Made by a program: the position numbers and the translations under genes
Shown here: positions 38,222 to 49,777 of the stretch, in pieces
Numbering within the stretch: position 1 is the first letter of the stretch
Layout of the letters: each line of letters starts with the position of its first letter
Notes under the pieces: model-generated
The model's input: the letters and a program-made list of their open reading frames with translations, nothing else
What the model was told of the DNA's origin: nothing
The model's database searches: none
Source: a bacterium
GTDB lineage: Bacteria > Patescibacteriota > WWE3 > 2-01-FULL-39-13 > JAACPI01
Length of the DNA: 52,885 bases
Reading direction: 5' to 3'
Assembly (NCBI GenBank): GCA_009995545.1
Contig: JAACPI010000008.1
Coordinates: 1-52,885 of the forward strand

Positions 38222-39502
38222 ATGCACATAGACGATACCTATCAACAATTGCTAGACTCTGCAAATACCTATGATAGACAAAAAATCACCATATTTGTTG
38301 CTATGAGTGGTGGGGTTGATAGTAGTGTTGCAGCTTTCTTATTAAAGAAAGAAAATTTTAATGTTAAGGGTATCTATATGCAGTGCCACGGTAAAAACGA
38401 TCCTAAATGTAAGGCGCATAAGGATAGATCCGATGCTGTTAAAGTGGCTTCGTACTTAAATATTCCTATAGAAATATGGGATTTAGAGGAAGAGTACAAA
38501 AATCTTGTAATTGAATATTTTTATGAAGAGTATTCTAAAGGAAGAACTCCTAACCCGGATATTCTATGTAACAGTGAAATTAAGTTTGACCTATTTTTAA
38601 AGAAAGCTCTTAAAAGAGGGGCTGATTATGTAGCAACGGGGCACTACGCAAAAATTGTAAACTTTGACAAATTAACGACTAATCCCACACAATTTATAAC
38701 TAATGATAAGTCTACTATGAGTAGATTGATTGGTGATAAATTGATTAATAATTATTATCAAAAAACCAAATTTCTAAATCCAAAACCCAAAATCTCCAAG
38801 TCTCTTTTTATTGCATCTGGTTTTGATATGTGGAAAGATCAAAGTTACTTTTTATCAAGGGTAAAAATAGGTTCATTGAACAATATTATTTTCCCACTGG
38901 GCTCTGTTGAAAAAAAGGCAGAAAAATCAATAAACTCCACTAGAGAGATAGCTGTTAAAGTGGGTATACCTGTTGCAAATAAAAAGGATAGTACAGGTAT
39001 ATGTTTTTTAGAGGGAGTGGTTACCCAGGACTTCTTAAAAGAACGTTTTAGTGAAAAAAATGGAAATGTGCTGAACAAAAAAGGTGAAATAATAGGTGAT
39101 CATAAGGGAGCGTATTTTTACACTGTGGGACAAAGAAAGGATTTTCAAATTAATGCTTACCACAAAAGTCCTCTGTATGTTTTATCGAAAGATGTTAGTA
39201 AAAATACCATAACCGTAGGAATTAAATCTGATTTATTAAAAAATGAGATTAACGTAACGGACTTTGATCTTGCTATTACAGAAGCGACTCTTAACGAGTT
39301 CTGTGGTGATGGAAATATATTTGTAAGAATTAGAAATCTTGGTGACTTCGTAAAAGTTTCTAAAGTAGTATTAGGTAGTAAAGTTAAATTTTATTTGTCT
39401 AAGCCTTTAGATTCTATTGCTCCGGGCCAGTTTGCAGTTTTATATTTTTTTGACCCCTTAAGTGGTGAAAGAATTTTAGTTGGCTCCGGTGTTATAATTT
39501 AG
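38222..39502 (+). CDS. mnmA: tRNA 2-thiouridine(34) synthase
   Basis: AMSGGVDSS, GRTPNPDILCN, ATGHYA, KDQSYFL, KKDSTGICF, YTVGQR, APGQ. Confidence 0.96.
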   Translation: MHIDDTYQQLLDSANTYDRQKITIFVAMSGGVDSSVAAFLLKKENFNVKGIYMQCHGKNDPKCKAHKDRSDAVKVASYLNIPIEIWDLEEEYKNLVIEYFYEEYSKGRTPNPDILCNSEIKFDLFLKKALKRGADYVATGHYAKIVNFDKLTTNPTQFITNDKSTMSRLIGDKLINNYYQKTKFLNPKPKISKSLFIASGFDMWKDQSYFLSRVKIGSLNNIIFPLGSVEKKAEKSINSTREIAVKVGIPVANKKDSTGICFLEGVVTQDFLKERFSEKNGNVLNKKGEIIGDHKGAYFYTVGQRKDFQINAYHKSPLYVLSKDVSKNTITVGIKSDLLKNEINVTDFDLAITEATLNEFCGDGNIFVRIRNLGDFVKVSKVVLGSKVKFYLSKPLDSIAPGQFAVLYFFDPLSGERILVGSGVII

Positions 39503-39509
39503 CTTGACA

Positions 39510-40148
39510 ATGAACCTCAATTTATCTGACCCTATAGGTAGTTTACGAGAAAAATTTATTTACGAGCTCTCCCTAGTCAGTTATAAATACGATTATCCCT
39601 TAAATGGCAAAGATATAGTCACGAAACTAGATGACTATATAAAGGAGGAGTCTTACTATAATTATTTTTTACTACAGCGAATACAAATAGAATACCCTGA
39701 TGGGTGCTTGATCCTTGGAACGGGGGAGTTTGGGAGGATTTTTAAACAGTACCTACACACTGCAAATTACGGGGGTAAATATGATATGTTGGTTTTGGAC
39801 ATAAGCAACTACAGTGATAAAACTTGTCCCAGTTATCCTTATACGCTTGATGAGCTACCCAAAGAAACCTCAAGTAAGGGTATTATTTTTATAGATGATA
39901 GCTATTCTACGGGGACTACTTTTTCTCAAACTACCGACTTTTTATCTGGTGTAGGTAGGAAGTTTAGTTCTGGTTTTGTCTTTAATTTTACGGGATATCA
40001 GAGTGCTAATATTTCCAAGCCTTTAAAATATTTCATAAATTTGAAGCATACTCTCGAAAGTTATTTGCACAACGCTGGATTGTCTAACATAGAAGTTATT
40101 TCTGAGAAAGGTTATGTATACTACAGAACCAAAACTGAAAATTTGTGA
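39510..40148 (+). CDS. Phosphoribosyltransferase-like hypothetical protein
   Basis: IIFIDDSYSTGTT PRPP-binding loop. Confidence 0.6.
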   Translation: MNLNLSDPIGSLREKFIYELSLVSYKYDYPLNGKDIVTKLDDYIKEESYYNYFLLQRIQIEYPDGCLILGTGEFGRIFKQYLHTANYGGKYDMLVLDISNYSDKTCPSYPYTLDELPKETSSKGIIFIDDSYSTGTTFSQTTDFLSGVGRKFSSGFVFNFTGYQSANISKPLKYFINLKHTLESYLHNAGLSNIEVISEKGYVYYRTKTENL

Positions 40149-40299
40149 TAGAGTGGGTATCGGTTTTATCTTGTACCACACAATTGTTTAGTGTAATTAT
40201 AATACTTTATAAACCTTTATTATCTATACGGTATTTACTGAGCGGCAAGAAACAATTTCGGCTCGTGCCTTAATGCGTTTTACCTTATAATAAACATAT

Positions 40300-41304
40300 A
40301 TGAGACTGTCTATTTTTGGATTTGACCCTTTAGCTAAAAAAAGCAACCCAGTAATATCTAAAGATACTAAGGTTGTGGTTCCAAATGAAATAAAAAAGCC
40401 AGTTAAAAAATCATTTTTTAAATTTGCTTTATTAAAAAATAAATTAGTTGTTTTGTTTATAGCTTGTCTATTAACTTTTGTATCCCTAATTATTTATGTG
40501 TCTGTAAATAAAGGTTTTGGAGGGGATAAAGTAGTCTTAGAAAGTTATGATGGCCTTCCTTTTAATAAATCTAAGTTTGAACAAGGAGTTTTTGTGGGTA
40601 ACGTTACTGTACATTGGGAAGACTTACTTCGAAGATACGAGATACTTTATGATAATTCCCCTGAAAATTGGTCAAATTTGGCTAACTGGAAAAATGTCCT
40701 TAATCAGGTTAACAGTGAGGCTATATTACAAAATGAAGGTGCCAGAAAGGGCCTGTTTGAAAGCAAAGATAATTCAACGTTAGACCCTATTAAAGTAAAT
40801 AGGGCAAGGAATTATTTTGACTCTAAAGGCAAAGAGTATATAAGTGGTGAAGCTATAACTGTGTGGTTTTATAACGAACAGGTCCCTTCAATTGGTTTAG
40901 TTCCCGCCAAAGAAACGGCCTTAAAGTTTATTTCAGATGTACGTTCTAAAATATTGTCTAATGAAATTACTATGAAATCCGCTGGGGATCTTATATCTTC
41001 GAATTTTAGTTTATCTTCTATCGACCCCGCTTACCAGTCGAATGCCTATATGAAATTCACCTACATTTCACCTGATCAATCTGTTTTTCATGATGATTAT
41101 TTAGATAAAACGATGTGGGACTTAAAAGCCGGAGAGACTAGTGAAATACTTACCGGTCATGATTATAGTGGGGATGCTAAATTTGAAGCTTTTTTTATAG
41201 TTTTAAAGATAAGTGAAAAAACTTCCTCAAAAGAATTTCCTTTTAAGTCTTCTGATCAGATAATAAGAAAAAGAATTCTAGAAGGTTACAAACTCGAGCT
41301 TTAA
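40300..41304 (+). CDS. Membrane-anchored SurA/PrsA-like foldase (parvulin-like)
   Basis: TM anchor, SurA-N-like VLNQVNSEAILQNEG, parvulin-like MWDLKAGETSEIL...FIVLKI. Confidence 0.55.
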   Translation: MRLSIFGFDPLAKKSNPVISKDTKVVVPNEIKKPVKKSFFKFALLKNKLVVLFIACLLTFVSLIIYVSVNKGFGGDKVVLESYDGLPFNKSKFEQGVFVGNVTVHWEDLLRRYEILYDNSPENWSNLANWKNVLNQVNSEAILQNEGARKGLFESKDNSTLDPIKVNRARNYFDSKGKEYISGEAITVWFYNEQVPSIGLVPAKETALKFISDVRSKILSNEITMKSAGDLISSNFSLSSIDPAYQSNAYMKFTYISPDQSVFHDDYLDKTMWDLKAGETSEILTGHDYSGDAKFEAFFIVLKISEKTSSKEFPFKSSDQIIRKRILEGYKLEL

Positions 41305-41334
41305 AAATAAAAAGAATATTAACTTGAAAGCATA

Positions 41335-42474
41335 ATGAACAATTTGATTTTAAAATTATTTCGGTCGGATCTGGTTAAAAATCCTGCATTTAGATCTATA
41401 AACTTAGTCTTTGTTTTTAGAGTATTCTTTTTTATATTAGTTGCCACCTTTTTACTAATTTCAGTTAGTATAAATAATGTTTATGCCGGTCTGCCGTCCT
41501 CTGTTTCTGGAAAAGTGTACATTCAACTACCTACGGGAGAACAACTCCCTTTAAGTGGTATTCCTATTGTACGCACTGACTACGATTCTTTTGAATATTG
41601 TGAGGATGGTAAGGTGTGTTTTGGCACAAAGCATACCGTAAGTGTTTTAACTGATTCTGTAGGAAGCTATTTAATGGGAAATAGTAAAGACTCTCGGGGT
41701 GTTAGTTGTTTTCAAAAAGTTCCAGCTGGATCAAAATATGCCTGTTCTACCTCAGGTACCTCTTCAACAGAGACTGTCGAAAGTTTACCCGAGTGTTCTA
41801 GGGACTTACTGAAAAATTACTCAGGTATCTATAGTCAGGGATTAAACTGGTGTGGATTTTATGGGTTTTCCACCCCTCATAGATACCAACCTGTGTTTTC
41901 CCCGGAATATAGACTTCCCGGAAACTTGTCGAACTTGGGCTATAGTGTTGGTGGGGGGTCCTGGAAAACAGTGGATGCCAACGACCCAAATAAGTTACTA
42001 GAGTCTCCCTACTACGAAGACTCCTTGGGATCTTACGCTGATTTTTATCGACGTGACTTTATATTTGTTTTAGATCCTCTTAAGGAATTGGAAATTAATG
42101 TAGTTGAATCCTTTGATAGGGGGTCTGATGATTTTGTAGGGTGCAAAAGTTTGGTGGGAATAGCCTCCAAAGATGGGATCGAGTACCTCATGTCTGAGTT
42201 ACCTGAAGAATTCAGTGGGACTTTATTACTTACCTGTATTGCTGAAACAAAAGGATCTCCGCTTTCTAGAATTGATTTTACCTTTGAAAAAAGCGTGGGT
42301 GGTGAGCAGACTCTGCAAAGTAAATCCGTGCAAAAGCCCGATTTGGTTTCTTTATCAGTATGTACTGAAGGTTATAGTTGTTACTCCGCAACCGCAGACT
42401 TTGACTTAGATGGTGTAGGTAATTACAAAGTAACATCCAGGGTTTGCAATGAAAATAATTTGTGTAGCAAATGA
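41335..42474 (+). CDS. Exported Cys-rich hypothetical protein
   Basis: Hydrophobic segment ending VYA, 11 Cys, beta-rich. Confidence 0.75.
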   Translation: MNNLILKLFRSDLVKNPAFRSINLVFVFRVFFFILVATFLLISVSINNVYAGLPSSVSGKVYIQLPTGEQLPLSGIPIVRTDYDSFEYCEDGKVCFGTKHTVSVLTDSVGSYLMGNSKDSRGVSCFQKVPAGSKYACSTSGTSSTETVESLPECSRDLLKNYSGIYSQGLNWCGFYGFSTPHRYQPVFSPEYRLPGNLSNLGYSVGGGSWKTVDANDPNKLLESPYYEDSLGSYADFYRRDFIFVLDPLKELEINVVESFDRGSDDFVGCKSLVGIASKDGIEYLMSELPEEFSGTLLLTCIAETKGSPLSRIDFTFEKSVGGEQTLQSKSVQKPDLVSLSVCTEGYSCYSATADFDLDGVGNYKVTSRVCNENNLCSK

Positions 42475-43817
42475 GGGATCTATTTAAAGCAAACTTAATC
42501 ATTTTAATTCTACTTATTTTGGCATTACTAGTAAGTTCTGCCTTTTTAGTTTTCAAGTATATTTTCCCCTTAGGCAAAAATGTAAGTGATAATTCTGGTC
42601 CTGGTAACTCCTGTATTATGCTATTTACTGTAAAAAAAAGAGATCTTAAAAATATGAGTGTTTCTTGTAGTAATTCTTTTTTGAACAATGAGGATAATGA
42701 AAAGCTGACTGAAAATTCTAGAGTAGCTCCCGACAATATTATTAAGGTAAGAATACTTCTTAATAATACCGGTGAGATAGCTTTAAATGACGTTTCTGTT
42801 GAAAGCCCTTTAGAGGGTACTTACGCAAGCAAAGGGGCAAGTAATCTTACTTGGTTACAGTTTGTAGATATATCTCCTACTTCTAGTCCTGGAATAAAAG
42901 ACAAGTGTACGTATTCCACGGACTTTAATTCTATACAGTGTAGAAACCTCAGTATCCCTTATACTGAAGAACTTTATATAGATTATATCGTTAAGGTTAA
43001 GAATACAATTGAAAGTGACTCCCAGATGGTAAATGTTACAAAAGTTTTTGTTGAGGGTACCGGCATAGATTACTACTGTAATTCTAGTATTAAGACTTCT
43101 CAAATAAGTAATGTTTGTAATAACTCAACCCAAAGTTGTGAAAAAGTTTACAGGGCTCCATTAGAGGGAGAAGTTTCTTGCAGTAGCAGCAGTGAATGTG
43201 GGGCTATCGAAAACTCTACACACTTAGAGTGCTTTGAAAACTCCTGTGTGACTGTAGATGGAGTAGCTCCCTCTACCTGTACGGATAACAACGATTGTTT
43301 AAGCCCCTCCCATTTGGTTTGTGACGGTTCAGCTTGCATTTTAGTTGACGGTCCTGGGTCTAATACCTGTTCTAGTGATCTAGACTGTGGGGTTAAGTCT
43401 CATTTAGAATGTAGAAGTAATGCCTGTACTAGTGTTAGCGGTTCCGGCTCTAGCACGTGTGCAAATGATGATGACTGTGTATCTGAAAATCATTTGGAGT
43501 GCGTGGATAGTAGCTGTTCTTCTGTAGAGGGTGCTGGTAAAAACCTTTGTTCTACCGAAGCTGAGTGTTCCCTATCCAGTCATTTAGAGTGTGTTTTAGA
43601 GTCCTGCAAAGAGGTTAGCGGTGGCGGTTCTAATCAATGTGCCTCTGATTCTGACTGTGCCTCTGGAGTTATAGTACCTGCACCTGATCCAAGCATAGAC
43701 CCCGAACAAGATCTGCCTGCTACAGGTATTTCGGGTTTATTATCTAGCTCACTTGTTTCGTTACTTGGTGTAACCATAGCCTTTCTACTTTTTAGGTATA
43801 GTCGGTCAAGAAGGTAG
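42471..43817 (+). CDS. Surface protein: DUF11-like domain, Cys-rich repeats, LPXTG-type sorting signal
   Basis: VAPDNIIKVRILLNNTG; 5 copies of HLxC-x4-C-x10-C-x5-C; LPATG + TM + RYSRSRR. Confidence 0.85.
   Translation: MRDLFKANLIILILLILALLVSSAFLVFKYIFPLGKNVSDNSGPGNSCIMLFTVKKRDLKNMSVSCSNSFLNNEDNEKLTENSRVAPDNIIKVRILLNNTGEIALNDVSVESPLEGTYASKGASNLTWLQFVDISPTSSPGIKDKCTYSTDFNSIQCRNLSIPYTEELYIDYIVKVKNTIESDSQMVNVTKVFVEGTGIDYYCNSSIKTSQISNVCNNSTQSCEKVYRAPLEGEVSCSSSSECGAIENSTHLECFENSCVTVDGVAPSTCTDNNDCLSPSHLVCDGSACILVDGPGSNTCSSDLDCGVKSHLECRSNACTSVSGSGSSTCANDDDCVSENHLECVDSSCSSVEGAGKNLCSTEAECSLSSHLECVLESCKEVSGGGSNQCASDSDCASGVIVPAPDPSIDPEQDLPATGISGLLSSSLVSLLGVTIAFLLFRYSRSRR
43221..43658 (+). repeat. Five degenerate 90-bp (30-aa) tandem coding repeats
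   Basis: Units start at 43221, 43311, 43401, 43491 and 43581. Confidence 0.92.
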
Positions 43818-43853
43818 TTCATTTTGTTCCAATATAGCTATAAGATTATATAA

Positions 43854-44297
43854 ATGAAAAAAATTAAACCACTTCTGATAATAATTTTGGTATATATTAC
43901 TTTTTTCTCCTTATTTGTTCGCCCAAAGTTTGGTCCACAAGCAGAAAAAATTCCTAGTCAGTTTGAAAGCGGCCCTCCTCTTGAATTAAATTTGAATAAA
44001 ACTAGTACGGGGATCAAAAAAGAGGATCTGACCCCAGAGCAATTAACCGCTTTTGAACGAGTAACTGCGGAATATTTTAGGGATACCCCAATTAGTATAA
44101 ATGCCGTGAATGAGGAAGATTTTGGAAATACTTCTTTGGGTTGTCCTGTTGAGGGTACAATGTACGCCGAGGTCATTACCCCGAGTTTTAAATTTGATCT
44201 GGAAGATGAGAGTGGAAAAAAACTAGATTACAGGATTTCAAAGGATTTAAAAATTATTAAAGAATGTTCTAGAGGTGGGGAAATACCCACAAAATAA
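43854..44297 (+). CDS. Membrane-anchored hypothetical protein
   Basis: N-terminal TM, FGNTSLGCP...MYAEVITP motif. Confidence 0.75.
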   Translation: MKKIKPLLIIILVYITFFSLFVRPKFGPQAEKIPSQFESGPPLELNLNKTSTGIKKEDLTPEQLTAFERVTAEYFRDTPISINAVNEEDFGNTSLGCPVEGTMYAEVITPSFKFDLEDESGKKLDYRISKDLKIIKECSRGGEIPTK

Positions 44298-44350
44298 GGT
44301 TAGTACGTTTATTAGTTTGCCCTATTAAAGTTTTTCCAATAATCTAAAAA

Positions 44351-45574
44351 GTGCCTTTAAATACCTTTAATAAACCACATTTAACGATTCCTCACGATTT
44401 TTTAAGTAGTGAATCTTCTGCCATTTATTTAAGTTCTATGCTTAGAACTTTTGGTTTGTCCCTTATTGGGATTTTTTTACCTATATACTTGTTTAACCTT
44501 TATTTACCTTATACTTTTAATCCAGACTCCTTTATAAATTCTGTGTTTATTATTTCTATATTTTTTCTTTTAGAATCTTTATCTACCCTTTTAACCCTGT
44601 TTATTTTCTCCAGATGGATTTATAAAAATGTACCTTTCCAAAAAATTCTTTTATTTAGCAACCTTGTTTTGGTAATAGCATTAGTTTGCTTATACAACTT
44701 AGAAAAATTACCAATACTCTATTTTATTACCCCTGGGTTTTTAGGATTAGTGATAACCTGCTATTGGGTTCCTTATCACTTATTTTTTATAGAAAAAAAT
44801 GGTGATAAAGAAGGGCATTACGGTAAAAAATTAGGTATGTCTGCCTTTTTAAGTAGGTCTGTAGATGCTCTAGGACCTCTTTTTGGTGGTGCTATTCTTT
44901 TTACCCTGGGTTTTAAAAGTTTGTTTTTAATATCGTCAATACTTATTGTAATAAGTAGTTTACCTATACTTTATGACATTAAAGATGTTCGTCACCATAT
45001 AGACAGCCCCAAAAAAATTATTCTTAGGTACTTACTAAATAAAAAGTATATCCGGGTTAGTCTGGGGCTTTTTGGTGCTACAGCAGTTTTTGTGGTTTTT
45101 AATCTTTTTTGGCCTATTGTATTACTAATTACCTTAAAGGATTTTTCTACCATAGGTATTTTAACTTTTTTTTCATTATTTTTATCTTCCGCTTTCGGGT
45201 TGATCGTGGGTAGAATCATTAATCCAAACAACAGCAAAAAGATACATGCCGTAGGTATAAGCTTGGCCAGCCTGTTACATTTACTGAGAATTTTCGTCTT
45301 ATTGCCTCTACATGTATACTCGTTAGACCTGTTTTCAAGAACAAACTTTGTTTTATATGAATTACCCTTTGTGTCCAAAACCTACGAAATAGGTCGTGGA
45401 AACGATGCTGCGGATTTTGTAATCTATCGAGAAGTTGCTATCCACCTTTTTAGAATCCCTGTAATTATTCTGGTCATGCTGTCATTTTTAGCATTCTCTA
45501 ATTGGAGATACATTTTCGTTTTTGCAGCGCTTGGAAGTGCCATCAGTTTTTTTATTAGCTTGCAAAAAAAGTAA
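44351..45574 (+). CDS. MFS transporter
   Basis: About 12 TMs; resembles the 10150 ORF (IFLPIYL, YWVPYH, LGPLFGG, WP). Confidence 0.8.
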   Translation: MPLNTFNKPHLTIPHDFLSSESSAIYLSSMLRTFGLSLIGIFLPIYLFNLYLPYTFNPDSFINSVFIISIFFLLESLSTLLTLFIFSRWIYKNVPFQKILLFSNLVLVIALVCLYNLEKLPILYFITPGFLGLVITCYWVPYHLFFIEKNGDKEGHYGKKLGMSAFLSRSVDALGPLFGGAILFTLGFKSLFLISSILIVISSLPILYDIKDVRHHIDSPKKIILRYLLNKKYIRVSLGLFGATAVFVVFNLFWPIVLLITLKDFSTIGILTFFSLFLSSAFGLIVGRIINPNNSKKIHAVGISLASLLHLLRIFVLLPLHVYSLDLFSRTNFVLYELPFVSKTYEIGRGNDAADFVIYREVAIHLFRIPVIILVMLSFLAFSNWRYIFVFAALGSAISFFISLQKK

Positions 45575-45583
45575 GTTATTTTT

Positions 45584-46222
45584 TTATTTACCTATATAAG
45601 GTAACGGGTTGTTGTAAACCCACTTTCCATTTTTATCTTTAATTTGTATAGCATAGTGCAGGTGGTTGCCTGTGGCATTACCCGTGTGTCCTATTAAACC
45701 TATGGGTTGACCAACCTCGATATTTTGCCCCGTTCTAATATAAGAGGCCTGCATATGTACATAGTGAGTTCTGATAGTATCGGCTGCATTCGTTATTTGT
45801 AAATAGTTACCTCCAAACTGATCTACAAAATATTCCGCCCTTCCTGAGTGTGTGGCAAAAAATACCATTTTATCGATATTAAGGTATACCCAGCTGTTTT
45901 TATAGTAGTTATCACTCGGAATTAAATCTACACCCCAGTGGTCTGCGCCAAAATTTTGTTTATAATCGCTTGCTAAGTAATAGGCTGTTATTGTTGTATT
46001 TTCTAGGCCCTTACCTCCCAAGGGGCTTCCAAAAGGGGTGTTTCTATTTATTAGACTTGGTTCTCGGTAAGTTTGTAGCAAAACAGGGTAGTTTTCCATT
46101 TCTAAAACGTTTATTTCAAAATCCGTTGAATTTCGATTTTCTAAATAAAGGCCTAGAGATATAACTGAAGGTATAAGCAATACTAAAAATAATAATACTC
46201 TATTCTTTTGAGGCAGGTTCAT
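45584..46222 (-). CDS. M23-family metallopeptidase
   Basis: HWGVD, YVHM, GHTGNATGNHLHY, N-terminal TM. Confidence 0.9.
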   Translation of the reverse strand: MNLPQKNRVLLFLVLLIPSVISLGLYLENRNSTDFEINVLEMENYPVLLQTYREPSLINRNTPFGSPLGGKGLENTTITAYYLASDYKQNFGADHWGVDLIPSDNYYKNSWVYLNIDKMVFFATHSGRAEYFVDQFGGNYLQITNAADTIRTHYVHMQASYIRTGQNIEVGQPIGLIGHTGNATGNHLHYAIQIKDKNGKWVYNNPLPYIGK

Positions 46223-46306
46223 TATAGGTAGTATATATTTGAGTTCATCAAGTTACTAGAGTTAAATTTGTGCCTTAATTTACCTTTTACTACCTTATTT
46301 AATCCC

Positions 46307-46334
46307 TTGCTTTATGCTTTCATTTGTATATAAT
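46307..46334 (+). promoter_or_regulatory. Putative 16S rRNA promoter
   Basis: TTGCTT-16 nt-TATAAT. A boxA-like GTTCTTTTTAA follows near 46459. Confidence 0.5.
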
Positions 46335-46463
46335 TACTTCTGCTTAAACTATAGCTTTTTCCTGCAAGGGCTTACTTAAAGACAGTATTATATTGTTTTT
46401 AGTATTTGTACTTGTATTTGGAATCAAAATTAATAGCTCATTTACAATTTAATACTATGTTCT

Positions 46464-48106
<1,643 letters not shown>

Positions 48107-48331
48107 TTATCAGCATAGTATTAGATTGTTATTTAGCTTTGCCCCTTTCTACTCACTATCATAATTTCACATATCTGTCTGATATATTGTCTATTGAGAG
48201 AATATATAAGTTATTTAGGGTAAATAGATAAATCTTTAAGCTCGTTTCTTACCCTAAGTTCTATAGTTACATAACACCCTAACTCTTTGCTAAAGCCACA
48301 TCTAAGTGTAAAATGTCTGCAGCCAATTTAA

Positions 48332-48407
48332 GGGCGTGTAGCTCAGGGGTTAGAGCGCTTATCTGATAAGTAAGAGGTCCCTAGTTCGATTCTAGGCACG
48401 CCCACCA
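48332..48407 (+). tRNA. tRNA-Ile (GAT)
   Basis: GGGCGTG/CACGCCC acceptor stem, CTGATAA anticodon loop, GTTCGAT T-loop, encoded CCA. Possible own promoter TTGCTA-16-TAAAAT at 48287-48314. Confidence 0.97.
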
Positions 48408-48481
48408 TTTCAAATTATTTTCCTGCTTATTAATTAAATGTTATTTTAATTTCTTATTTTTCCTGTTAATCTGGTATTAAC

Positions 48482-49720
48482 ATGCCCAATAAAAAAAGAA
48501 TTAATAAGAGTTTTTCAAATAGTAGTGCTTTAGGAATATTACTTGTTTTTTCTATACTTCTAGGGGTTTTTTACTTTAATCGCTTTCTTAATCCCAACTT
48601 TTTAAACAAAAATACAGACAAAGAGATGGATGTATTTTTAGTTGCTCCCGAGGAAGTAGACTACACAGCTCACTTTTATATGGAGTCTAGCGATCCCGCA
48701 CCCCAAGTAGGTAAACCTTTTACTATAACTGTTAAGTTAGCTGGAGAAAAACATACTATTAATTCAGTTGTTATAGGCGGTTACAATCTTTCTTTGTTTG
48801 TTCCCTCTCCCTTAAAAGTAGTCAAGGATTCTTTAAAAATTCGGGATGATATTGGAGGTTTTGCTGATAATAATATAACAGAAAGCGCTGCCAATACTGA
48901 GGTATCATCTCTTTGGACCTCCTCTGGGTCAGAAGGGAATACAGAGTATCTTACTATAAAAGACCTTGCTGATAGTTCAAAATATATTATGCAATTTGAT
49001 GTAGTTTCTACGGAGGAGACAACAAAAAAGAATATAAACTTTAAAGTAAGTACTCGAAGTCCCAAACTGATAATTACAGATATTACAAAACCCGATCCTT
49101 TAGATATCCTTGATAGATCTAAACTAGTTTCACTACCTGTACAAATTAACCATGTTACAGTTCCTACCGTTACTAGTTATTCAGGTATAAAGTTTGAAAG
49201 GCCCTTAAATGGCGATAAATACCTTATGTATACTTCGGATCTGTTCTCTATTAGCTTTACCGATGGCACAAAGCCAGAGCCAGGAAAAATTATATTTACT
49301 ACATTTACACCCAACGGTACCGTTTTAGACACGAAGCAGTATTTAGCGGGTGTGGATGATTATATATTTAGAACGGGCGACACTGAAGGTGACTTTACAA
49401 TTAGGGCACAGGCTTTTGCCCAAGCAGAGGATGCCACACCAATTAGTGTAGTCAGCTCCAAGATTAAAATTAGAACAGGGGATTTAACCGGAGACGGTGA
49501 GTATGACTATAAAGATTTATTAGTTGTTGTTAATTGGATTTACTCAGATAAACCCTATTTGGGGGCATACGATATAAATGCTGATGGCAAAATATCCCCC
49601 AGTGAAGACCCCGACTTTAATAATGATAAGGAGGTTGATATAAACGACCTTATTAAATTATCTAAATGGACATACTCTTCCCTTGTAATCGGCGGTGGTG
49701 AATTGATCCCTCCTCCATAG
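48482..49720 (+). CDS. Membrane-anchored protein with a cohesin-like, an Ig-like and a C-terminal dockerin-like domain
   Basis: QVGKPFTITVKL...IGGYNLSL...LKVV; GDLTGDGEYDYKDLL...DFNNDKEVDINDL. Confidence 0.75.
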   Translation: MPNKKRINKSFSNSSALGILLVFSILLGVFYFNRFLNPNFLNKNTDKEMDVFLVAPEEVDYTAHFYMESSDPAPQVGKPFTITVKLAGEKHTINSVVIGGYNLSLFVPSPLKVVKDSLKIRDDIGGFADNNITESAANTEVSSLWTSSGSEGNTEYLTIKDLADSSKYIMQFDVVSTEETTKKNINFKVSTRSPKLIITDITKPDPLDILDRSKLVSLPVQINHVTVPTVTSYSGIKFERPLNGDKYLMYTSDLFSISFTDGTKPEPGKIIFTTFTPNGTVLDTKQYLAGVDDYIFRTGDTEGDFTIRAQAFAQAEDATPISVVSSKIKIRTGDLTGDGEYDYKDLLVVVNWIYSDKPYLGAYDINADGKISPSEDPDFNNDKEVDINDLIKLSKWTYSSLVIGGGELIPPP

Positions 49721-49777
49721 TTCAAAAATGGTTTTAATGTCTATCTTTTATAGCTGTCTTTTGATATAAATTACACA

